In this document: positions 39,521 to 46,813 of the stretch, piece after piece
Numbering within the stretch: the first letter of the stretch is position 1
Layout: every line of letters starts with the position of its first letter
From: a bacterium
GTDB taxonomy: Bacteria; CLD3; SB21
Length of the DNA: 46,813 nucleotides
Assembly: GCA_013360215.1 (NCBI GenBank)
Contig: JABWCP010000024.1
Location: 1 to 46,813 of the forward strand
Reading direction: 5' to 3'
The notes under the pieces: generated by a model
Told to the model about the DNA's origin: nothing
What the model saw: the letters and a program-made list of their open reading frames with translations, nothing else
Database searches by the model: none
Translations under genes and position numbers: made by a program

Positions 39521-39814
39521 TTATATTCCTTCCGTTGATTCGATGGATTGAACTTCTTCTTTTTTGCGATACAAAATAGCGACGGGGATTATCACCAAAT
39601 AGCCTAAAACAAGCAAAATGGGTGCTATGGTCATCGAAATTGTACCGTAAACCGGCGGTGTTGCAAGGCAAACATAACCGATGATGATCGTAATAATACC
39701 GGCAAAAAATATATAATAATTTTCAGCGGTAAAAGGTAAGGTAGCTTTTTTAACAGGAGATTTTTTGGCCTGTTGAAGCTTAGATGAATTTGTTTTTTTG
39801 AGATTAGCAGACAT
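39521..39814 (-). CDS. DUF3098-like small membrane protein
   Basis: LPFTAENY, TM, IGY...IAPILLVLGYLVIIPVAIL; two-TM pattern. Confidence 0.75.
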   Translation of the reverse strand: MSANLKKTNSSKLQQAKKSPVKKATLPFTAENYYIFFAGIITIIIGYVCLATPPVYGTISMTIAPILLVLGYLVIIPVAILYRKKEEVQSIESTEGI

Positions 39815-39862
39815 ATTTTTTCCTTTTGTTGGCCAGCAATATAGATATTCAACAGGCGAATG

Positions 39863-40672
39863 TCAAGATGAGGGGAGAATGCCGATACGAAGCGCTTCTT
39901 TTTTTAAGAAATCTACCGCCGCGTAACCTTTAGTTCCCAGATCAAGGGTATAATCGTTGACGTAGAGTTTAATGTGTTCCGCGATAACCGTGTCGTCAAG
40001 CTCTTGAGCGTGATGTTTGACGTAAGATTTACTCGACGTGGGATGGGAAAAAGCATATTCCACGCTGCGTCGAATAATGCGTCCAATCACTGACTGGATT
40101 TCTGGCCCAAACGTTTTTCTGATGGTTATGGCGCCCAGCGGAATAGGCATGCCTGTTTTTGTTTCCCAATAGTCACCCAAATCTTGGATCAAATGAAGGC
40201 CTTTGGCCTGATATGTAAAACGCCCTTCGTGAATAATCACTCCCGCTTCGGCCGAACCGTTTAATAGGTTTTTTTCTATATCTGAAAAAAGAACAGGTTG
40301 TGCCTGAACGGTTTTTCCCAAAAAAAACTGCAGTAAAAAATTGGCTGTAGTCAATTTTCCGGGGATCAATATTTTATCACCGGCAATACTATGGACATTA
40401 ATAGGGCGTGCCGAAATAAATAAAGGGCCGCAGCGGTGTCCCAATGCGCTTCCGGATGGCAATAAGGCGTAATCTTTTAACAAATATAAAAAGGCATGAT
40501 AACTTAATTTCGTAATGTCTAATTCGCAGCGGAAGGCTTTCTGATTGAGTTCTTCGACATCTGCAAGAAAAGGTTCGAATTCGATTCCTTCGGTGTCGAT
40601 TTTTTTATGAACCAGGGCATCAAAAATGAACGTATCATTGGGGCAGGTAGAATAACCCAGCGTAAACTTCAT
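39863..40672 (-). CDS. mqnD: 1,4-dihydroxy-6-naphthoate synthase
   Basis: GYSTCPNDTFIF, DVEELN, GSALG..CGP, IIHEGRFTY, PIPLG, HIKLYVN; start moved to ATG 40672. Confidence 0.93.
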   Translation of the reverse strand: MKFTLGYSTCPNDTFIFDALVHKKIDTEGIEFEPFLADVEELNQKAFRCELDITKLSYHAFLYLLKDYALLPSGSALGHRCGPLFISARPINVHSIAGDKILIPGKLTTANFLLQFFLGKTVQAQPVLFSDIEKNLLNGSAEAGVIIHEGRFTYQAKGLHLIQDLGDYWETKTGMPIPLGAITIRKTFGPEIQSVIGRIIRRSVEYAFSHPTSSKSYVKHHAQELDDTVIAEHIKLYVNDYTLDLGTKGYAAVDFLKKEALRIGILPSS

Positions 40673-40674
40673 TT

Positions 40675-41367
40675 TCAGATTTTCTCCAAAAGTTGGATAG
40701 TAAAGGTGCTCAACGCCGCAACAGCTTCGTTGATTTTCCAGCGACTTCGGTCGCGAGGCTCGACAAAATTGGAAAGCGACCGATATTGTACATAAGGTTG
40801 CCCCGCCCGTAAACAAGCCAGTGCAAAGGCGCCGCCTTCCATGCTTTCGATATCCGGAGTAAAATTATTGCGATTCCACAGAATGCGTTCTGTATTACCG
40901 GTAACGGTATTGACCGTGATTCCTCTTACTTTGGGTGTTTGCGCCAATCGGCTCCAATTTTGCAGATCGTTGGGATTTTCGATTTCGTTGTAAATCGCCT
41001 TGTTGTCGTAAGAATGTAAGGGAAATCCCATGCGCTGTAGATTTTCAAATTGCCCATCCGCCGTCGTAGCGCCCATTTCTGCGAGTATATCCGTATCTAC
41101 ACGTACAATAGAGGCCAAAGCATGTCCTTCACTATACGTACCGGCTATTCCGAGATTTATGGCCCAATCATACGATGATATTTGTAATTGTTTACCGAGA
41201 CTATACGCCGTATTGATCATACCAATACCGGTAACTAGAAAGTCAATTGTATGGGAGTGTGAAGTAGGTGAGCGCCACAAACCAAGTTTATCGGGATGAA
41301 CGGCCTTATAATGAACCAATAGGGGCTTGATTTCGGCTTCCGTCGCAGAAACGATGAGTATTCTCAT
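40675..41367 (-). CDS. mqnB: Futalosine hydrolase
   Basis: ILIVSATEAE, TGIGMIN, NLGIAG, GITVNTVTG, ESMEG, RSLSNFVEPRDRSRW; located between mqnE and mqnD. Confidence 0.9.
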   Translation of the reverse strand: MRILIVSATEAEIKPLLVHYKAVHPDKLGLWRSPTSHSHTIDFLVTGIGMINTAYSLGKQLQISSYDWAINLGIAGTYSEGHALASIVRVDTDILAEMGATTADGQFENLQRMGFPLHSYDNKAIYNEIENPNDLQNWSRLAQTPKVRGITVNTVTGNTERILWNRNNFTPDIESMEGGAFALACLRAGQPYVQYRSLSNFVEPRDRSRWKINEAVAALSTFTIQLLEKI

Positions 41368-41420
41368 GGGACACTAAAAGTAAATTAAGGTAGCCGAGCG
41401 TGTGCCAAAGTCTTTGGAAA

Positions 41421-42626
41421 TCAATTGAGCACAGGTATCATGACCGGATTGCGGTGTGCATGCGCTATATCTTCAGCCGAAAATTCTTTTATCACATTAT
41501 ATAACGCATCGCGCTCGATGGGTTGGCGGCCCGCATCGGATATGAGTTTGATCAATTCCGACGTGGTCATTCCCGATGCACTGTCCGTTCCAGCCATACT
41601 CATGATCGTTTCTTCGAGGATTGTTCCTTCGATTTCATTTGCACCATAGCTGAGCGCCGTCTGTGCCATATTTTTACCAATAACTACCCAATAAGCTTTG
41701 ATATTTGGAAAATTATCCAGCATCAGGCGCGATACCGCTACGACTTTCAAATCTTCGAAAGCACTAACCTGCGGTAATTTCTTTAATCGGTTGTTTTCAT
41801 GCTGGTATTTGAGTGGAATAAATGTACTAAATGATCCTTTTGTTTTTTTTGCCAATGAAATATCCTGAAGCTCACGTAAACGAATTAAGTGGTCAATACG
41901 TTCATCATAACGTTCGATATGACCATAAAGCATCGTCGCATTAGTCATCAAACCCAGTTCATGTGCCATACCGTGTACTTTAAACCAACCCTCCGCCGTA
42001 GCTTTTTCATCACATATTTTTTCGCGGACACGCTGAGCAAAAATTTCAGCGCCACCGCCGGGCATGGCTTCGAGGCCGGCTTTCATCAAAGCCTCCAGCA
42101 CAGCACGCATGGACATGTTATAGTGGTTGGCGTAGTATTCGATTTCGACGGCTGTAAAACCTTTGATGTGAATATGCGGCGCAACCGATTTGATCGTACT
42201 AAGCATATCGGTATAATATGAAAAGGGGAGTTCCGGATGTAAGCCGGAAGTGATATGGATCTCTTGGATGCCTTGCTTTAATCCGTCTTTAACACGTTGC
42301 GCGATTTGTTCCATCGTCATGGTATAGCCGCCTTCTTCGCCTTCACGCCGGTAAAACGAACAAAACATGCACGAATATTCACATACGTTGGTGGGGTTAA
42401 GCTGACGGTTGCGTACAAAAAATGATCGGTCGCCGTGCATTCTTTCCCGGACAATATTGGCCATGTAACCTACGCTGGTCAGATCACGCGTTTCAAACAA
42501 TTGGACGCCGTCTTCAAAAGAGAGCCGTTCATGATCCATCACTTTTTGATAAATGGCGTCCAAACCGGAGGCGCGCAGCATGGACTTTATCAGGGAGTGA
42601 TCATATACGGTATTTATACGTTTCAT
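41421..42626 (-). CDS. mqnE: Aminofutalosine synthase (CofH/MqnE radical SAM)
   Basis: TNVCEYSCMFCSF (CxxxCxxC), PGGGAEIF, NATMLYGH, NIKAYW (MqnE-like rather than MqnC-like). Confidence 0.88.
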   Translation of the reverse strand: MKRINTVYDHSLIKSMLRASGLDAIYQKVMDHERLSFEDGVQLFETRDLTSVGYMANIVRERMHGDRSFFVRNRQLNPTNVCEYSCMFCSFYRREGEEGGYTMTMEQIAQRVKDGLKQGIQEIHITSGLHPELPFSYYTDMLSTIKSVAPHIHIKGFTAVEIEYYANHYNMSMRAVLEALMKAGLEAMPGGGAEIFAQRVREKICDEKATAEGWFKVHGMAHELGLMTNATMLYGHIERYDERIDHLIRLRELQDISLAKKTKGSFSTFIPLKYQHENNRLKKLPQVSAFEDLKVVAVSRLMLDNFPNIKAYWVVIGKNMAQTALSYGANEIEGTILEETIMSMAGTDSASGMTTSELIKLISDAGRQPIERDALYNVIKEFSAEDIAHAHRNPVMIPVLN

Positions 42627-42727
42627 TAATATCTGCCTTTGGATATAGTGTTTATCATAATTAAAGTTTCAATTTTTTTTGAAACATCGGTAAACTAAAA
42701 TAAGCCGCCATTATAAACAAGTATAAA

Positions 42728-43819
42728 CTATTTTTTGCCGGACGGTTTAAATCGTGCCGTAAGACCGGGTTTGAGTTGTACCCACAAATGCGTCAGCGCA
42801 TAGACGGCCGCACAAACGACAATCCACAAAATAAGTGTTAACCAAGGCGGCAAATTCTGATCAAATATGCTGATGGATGCTTTTTCGCCCGTTATCGAGT
42901 AGATAAGTACAAGGTGTGAAATATATGCAAAAAGAGATTGTCGCCCGAAAAGTAATACCTGTGGTGATGTGTGCCAGTTTTTGTAATCGAGTAACCAGAA
43001 GAACGAAAAAAGAATAAGTAATATACCCAAACGCATCAATACCCAATTCGGACTGGTCAACCAAAAACTTTCATATTCAAAAAAACGAATGGATGAAATA
43101 TCCGAAATATAACCGATGGCAAACAAAGATACCCCGATCAGTGCAATCGCCGATACTATTTTATGTTCCTTATCAGAAGTGCTATAGCGCATAAAAAGAC
43201 CGCCGACCAAGCCGCCGGACCAAAGGAAAACACACCACGGAAAAAGTGGAAATAAAGGATTGTTTTTTCCATTTAGTAAATTGGCTATTAGGGGATGTAC
43301 TGATGAACTAAAATCCTTTTGCCAAAGGAACGGCGTAATAAGAAGAGCCGACCATGTGATAATAAAAAGAACAATAAAAAATACGGTTATGCCGCGAGTC
43401 CACAGCATCAATAGCTGTAAAAGAATCAGGCTGATGGCGATAGTTTGCAATACATCAATCTGATAAAAGCTGACAAGGTCTTCCGTAACAATATTCGGCC
43501 ATCCCTGGCTCCAGTCCAATCGCGGTAGATGGAGAGCGAAACCGATCAGCATTATTACGAAAAAACGACGCAGTTGCTTCCGATAGCCGGGATTAAATGA
43601 GGTAAAGGAATGCCAATTATTCCAAGCAACCATGACAAAGGAAACACCGGCAACAAAAAGAAATGATGGCGCAACAAAACCGTTAATAAAATTCAGGTAG
43701 GAAAACCATTCTGAAGAACGCAGGCTTTTATCCATCCATGCATTAAAAACATGGGTCTCTATCATTACAAGGACAGCCCATCCGCGAAAAAGATCAATGA
43801 AGTGATAACGTTTATTCAT
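42728..43819 (-). CDS. DUF1624 / acyltransferase-like multi-pass membrane protein
   Basis: IDLFRGWAVLVMIETH, APSFLFVAG, DVLQTI, FPLFPW, GRQSLFAYISH; about 10 TM segments. Confidence 0.82.
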   Translation of the reverse strand: MNKRYHFIDLFRGWAVLVMIETHVFNAWMDKSLRSSEWFSYLNFINGFVAPSFLFVAGVSFVMVAWNNWHSFTSFNPGYRKQLRRFFVIMLIGFALHLPRLDWSQGWPNIVTEDLVSFYQIDVLQTIAISLILLQLLMLWTRGITVFFIVLFIITWSALLITPFLWQKDFSSSVHPLIANLLNGKNNPLFPLFPWCVFLWSGGLVGGLFMRYSTSDKEHKIVSAIALIGVSLFAIGYISDISSIRFFEYESFWLTSPNWVLMRLGILLILFSFFWLLDYKNWHTSPQVLLFGRQSLFAYISHLVLIYSITGEKASISIFDQNLPPWLTLILWIVVCAAVYALTHLWVQLKPGLTARFKPSGKK

Positions 43820-43839
43820 ACGCACCGCACCTGCAAGGA

Positions 43840-44910
43840 TTATCCGGCTTTAAGCAGTTCTTCGTTTTCAGCTAATTGTAATTTCTCTACGATATCGTCT
43901 ATTTTGCCTCCCATAACACCTTCCAAATCATATATCGTAAGTCCGATACGATGATCCGTTAAGCGATTCTGAGGGAAATTATACGTTCTTATTTTTTCGC
44001 TGCGATCGCCGGAGCCGACCATAGATTTGCGCTGAGATGCGATCTTAGCGTCGTGTTCACGTTTACGGAGATCATATAGACGCGATTTGAGCACTTTCAT
44101 TGCTTTCTCGCGGTTTTTCAATTGTGAACGTTCATCCTGACATTGGACGACGATACCGGTAGGCAAGTGTGTAAGACGCACGGCGGTTTCAACCTTATTA
44201 ACATTCTGGCCTCCCTTGCCGCCGGAGCGATAGATATCAACGCGTAAATCATTGGGGTTAATGACGACTTCAGAGTCGTCCTCCTCGAGAACGGGGAGAA
44301 CTGCTACTGTTGCGGCAGAAGTGTGTACGCGACCTTGCGTTTCAGTTTTGGGTACACGTTGCACGCGATGAACGCCGCTTTCAAATTTAAGTTTACCATA
44401 AGCACCAGTACCGTTTACTTCAAAAATGATTTCTTTAAATCCGCCTTGATTGGCTTCGGTAAAATCAACCAATGTGAGTGCCCAACCTTTTTTTTCAACG
44501 TAATACTGATACATCGCATAGAGATCGCCTGCAAAAATACCGGCTTCGTCGCCGCCGGTTCCCGCACGTATTTCGAGAATAGCGTCTCCGTCGTCATGCG
44601 GGTCTTTGGGAATCAGGAGATACTTTAGTTCCGATTCGAGCAATTGTTTTTTGGCTTCCAGATCATTCATCTCAGCACGAGCCATATCGCGCAAATCGGC
44701 ATCATCGGAGTTGTGAAGTATATCCTTGTTGCCGAGAATATCACTGTTCACTTTTTTATAGGCTTCAAATTTTTCCACAATAGGTTCGAGCGCGCTGCGT
44801 TCTTTGCTGAGCGATCGAAACAGATTATTGTTACTTACCGTTTCCGGCCGTGATAAAAGTCCGTTGATTTCGTTAAAACGAATGGATGCTTTTTCGAGTT
44901 GATCGATCAT
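43840..44910 (-). CDS. prfA: Peptide chain release factor 1
   Basis: EIRAGTGGDEA, ESGVHRVQRVPKTE (PxT), GGQ, RTYNFPQNR. Confidence 0.98.
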   Translation of the reverse strand: MIDQLEKASIRFNEINGLLSRPETVSNNNLFRSLSKERSALEPIVEKFEAYKKVNSDILGNKDILHNSDDADLRDMARAEMNDLEAKKQLLESELKYLLIPKDPHDDGDAILEIRAGTGGDEAGIFAGDLYAMYQYYVEKKGWALTLVDFTEANQGGFKEIIFEVNGTGAYGKLKFESGVHRVQRVPKTETQGRVHTSAATVAVLPVLEEDDSEVVINPNDLRVDIYRSGGKGGQNVNKVETAVRLTHLPTGIVVQCQDERSQLKNREKAMKVLKSRLYDLRKREHDAKIASQRKSMVGSGDRSEKIRTYNFPQNRLTDHRIGLTIYDLEGVMGGKIDDIVEKLQLAENEELLKAG

Positions 44911-44921
44911 TTTTTTCTATG

Positions 44922-45899
44922 TTATTCGTGTACGCTCATGGCGCCAGTGACCTGACCTGCGTTATACGCGCGTACGGCTTCTTCGCCCAGCGCCGATTGC
45001 AGAGCCGCCATAGCCACTTCGATGTGTGTGATATCTGGTTTTTTTGTTGTGATGCGCTGGAGCCATAATCCGGGCATCATAAAAATCCGTGCCCAACTCA
45101 GATGATAATATTTACCGGAAAGTTTGATCAATTCGTATGATAAACCCGCAACGATCGGTACACAGGGCAAATGTAAAGCAAGACGATTCCACAGCCCCAA
45201 GGGACCGATATAGGCGATATATAAACTATCAATGATAGCAAAGGACAAGATGGATGCGATCATAACAAACATTAAAAAACTGGTCCCGCAACGGGGGTGG
45301 GGTGTATCGTATTTTAATCCATTTTCCGGAATCAATGCGTCCTTATTTTCAAAGGCGTAGATAGAGACATGCTCGGCGCCATGGTACTGGAAAAGCCGAA
45401 AAATATCTTTCATCTGACTGATCGCCCAGACATAGGTTATAAACATGGCGGCACGTAACGTTCCTGCTACAAGATTAAAAGACCATGCATTTTGATCGGC
45501 ACCAATAAAATAATTGGTCAAGGAGATAGGGCCTGCAAAAAATACCAGAACTCCGATGCCTAAAGCAAAAGCAGTGGTCAAAAACAATTCCAGTCGGGAA
45601 GATTTTTTGGGTGTGGCGCCTTCTTCGTCATTGCTCATGGATACATCTGCTGAATACTGTAAAGCCGAAGTGCCGATAATAAGCATTTCAATAATAGCAA
45701 TACTGCCGCGCAAGATGGGAATATTGAGAAAACGATAGCGATGCAGCAAAGATGTAAAGGGCTCGCGTCGTATGACGATTTGTCCGTTAGGTTTCCTTAC
45801 GGCTGTAGCGACAGCATCAGCCGAACGCATCATTACGCCTTCGATGACGGCCTGACCGCCAACGGTAATCGTTTTAGGTGTTATGGGATTGTTACTCAT
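44922..45899 (-). CDS. DUF1385 (YqhQ-like) membrane protein
   Basis: GGQAVIEGVMMR, FQYHGAEH, HPRCGTSF, PGLWLQRITT; typical rpmE-prfA neighbourhood. Confidence 0.92.
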   Translation of the reverse strand: MSNNPITPKTITVGGQAVIEGVMMRSADAVATAVRKPNGQIVIRREPFTSLLHRYRFLNIPILRGSIAIIEMLIIGTSALQYSADVSMSNDEEGATPKKSSRLELFLTTAFALGIGVLVFFAGPISLTNYFIGADQNAWSFNLVAGTLRAAMFITYVWAISQMKDIFRLFQYHGAEHVSIYAFENKDALIPENGLKYDTPHPRCGTSFLMFVMIASILSFAIIDSLYIAYIGPLGLWNRLALHLPCVPIVAGLSYELIKLSGKYYHLSWARIFMMPGLWLQRITTKKPDITHIEVAMAALQSALGEEAVRAYNAGQVTGAMSVHE

Positions 45900-45912
45900 T
45901 TATGGTAAATAA

Positions 45913-46022
45913 AAAGGGCTTTCCCAAAAGATTTTATTCCATATAAGAAACGCAATCTGTGTTTTTACAAAAAACAAATTCGACGTTTCGTCTTCGGTAA
46001 AATTCTTTTGAGACAGCCCTTT
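45913..46022 (-). repeat. Long imperfect inverted repeat (110-nt rod hairpin) followed by a T tract
   Basis: Minus-strand pairs AAAGGGCT/AGCCCTTT, TCTCAAAAGA/TCTTTTGGGA, TTTTA/TAAAA, GAAACG/CGTTTC and AATTTGT/ACAGATT. Confidence 0.75.
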
Positions 46023-46039
46023 GTCGGACGTAATCTAAT

Positions 46040-46261
46040 CTAAGCTTTTTTCTGAGTATCCTGATACTTGGCAAATTTTTTATTGAATTTTTCAACACGA
46101 CCGGCGGTGTCAATCAGCTTGGTTTGCCCTGTGAAAAAAGGATGGCAGTTGGAGCAGATTTCGACGCGAATATCGCCGACGGTTGAACGGGTCTTAAAAC
46201 TATTACCGCAAGAGCAGGTAACGTTTGACACGGGATACGTGGGGTGAATACCAGGTTTCAT
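46040..46261 (-). CDS. rpmE: 50S ribosomal protein L31 (zinc-binding type)
   Basis: [39 protein letters not shown]. Confidence 0.98.
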   Translation of the reverse strand: MKPGIHPTYPVSNVTCSCGNSFKTRSTVGDIRVEICSNCHPFFTGQTKLIDTAGRVEKFNKKFAKYQDTQKKA

Positions 46262-46308
46262 GGCTGTCCTTATGTTAAATTGTTATATATATGCTTCTTA
46301 AGCGCGCA

Positions 46309-46337
46309 ATAGTAACCAATGATCGTATTAAAAACAA
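46309..46337 (-). promoter_or_regulatory. Sigma-70 promoter of the rpmE operon
   Basis: TTGTTT, 17 bp spacer, TACTAT, then a GC-rich discriminator TGCGCGC; A/T tract upstream. Confidence 0.6.
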
Positions 46338-46496
46338 TATTTTTTTTATATTATTCCCGTTTTCTCGCGGTTATGGTTTTTACTCATCTTTCAGGGTTTG
46401 GTTCCTGACAATGAACATTTGAATAATCAGGTAATGTTGTTATATTTAAAGGTCAATTATTGAAAATAATATCGTTCATTTTGATGAGGGTAGGTT

Positions 46497-46813
46497 ATGA
46501 CACATGCCGATTTGGTAACGAAGCTTGTTCAAAAAACAGATTCTAAAATCGTTCTGTTAGTCATGGATGGACTGGGGGGGATTCGTACAAAGCAAAATCC
46601 CAAAACAGAGTTAGAGCGTGCCAATATTCCGAATTTACACGCGTTGGCCAAAGAATCCGTGTGCGGGCGTATTATGCCGGTTTCTTACGGTATAACTCCG
46701 GGAAGCGGCCCCGCTCATTTTTCGTTATTTGGCTATAATCCCGCGGATGATAATATCCAGATCGGTCGCGGTGTGCTTGAGGCTTTGGGCTTAGATATGA
46801 AGTTGCAACCCGG
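46497..46813 (+). CDS. apgM: 2,3-bisphosphoglycerate-independent phosphoglycerate mutase, ApgM type (3'-truncated; absent from the ORF track)
   Basis: Manual translation: MTHADLVTKLVQKTDSKIVLLVMDGLGG...TELERANIPNL..LA...GITPGSGPAHFSLFGY...IGRGVLEALG. Confidence 0.88.
   Translation, partial: MTHADLVTKLVQKTDSKIVLLVMDGLGGIRTKQNPKTELERANIPNLHALAKESVCGRIMPVSYGITPGSGPAHFSLFGYNPADDNIQIGRGVLEALGLDMKLQP

Noticed and set aside
40673..40816. ORF-track N-terminal extensions (mqnD 40816, lpxK 14253, folE 5385, SDR 7639, PstS-like 31682)
   Set aside because: They overlap upstream genes or hairpins; downstream ATGs match the family N-termini or signal peptides.
41393..41407. Sigma-54-like TGGCAC-N5-CGGC on the minus strand upstream of mqnB
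   Set aside because: The -12 box deviates from TTGC, and the site lies in a short intra-operon spacer; support is too weak.

Overview
A gene-dense 46.8 kb bacterial chromosomal segment, mostly housekeeping, with about 50 CDS and two CAT-anticodon tRNAs. It shows no CRISPR array, transposase, integrase or phage genes. Bases 1-37.6 kb are coded on the + strand (except the tRNAs): ABC permease, nnr, two tandem C39-like peptidases, folE, crotonase, zinc-ribbon protein, SDR, DUF4835, two sigma-54 response regulators, DUF374-lpxK, MEMO, MuiA-like protein, MoxR, CCA enzyme, a CheW-CheW-MCP-MCP cluster, queF, an HD-GYP regulator, LOG, methylmalonyl-CoA mutase, and a PstS-like/TPR/STAS/ExbB/ExbD/ExbD/TonB module. 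Bases 37.7-46.3 kb are on the - strand: rpmE, DUF1385, prfA, DUF1624, mqnE/mqnB/mqnD, an HMA lipoprotein and a Cys-repeat protein. A partial apgM ends the window. Gene content looks FCB-like, but canonical TTGACA/TATAAT-type promoters and AGGAG Shine-Dalgarno sites suggest a lineage outside the classical Bacteroidetes (inference). No new system can be established from sequence alone. The best leads are: two 110-118 nt rod-shaped intergenic hairpins with related ends; an LpxK with substituted acceptor-side motifs; a CheA-less chemosensory cassette; a 15-aa Cys/His repeat protein; a candidate leader-peptide attenuator before folE; and a rearranged Ton module containing a STAS gene. All family assignments come from motif recognition, not database searches.
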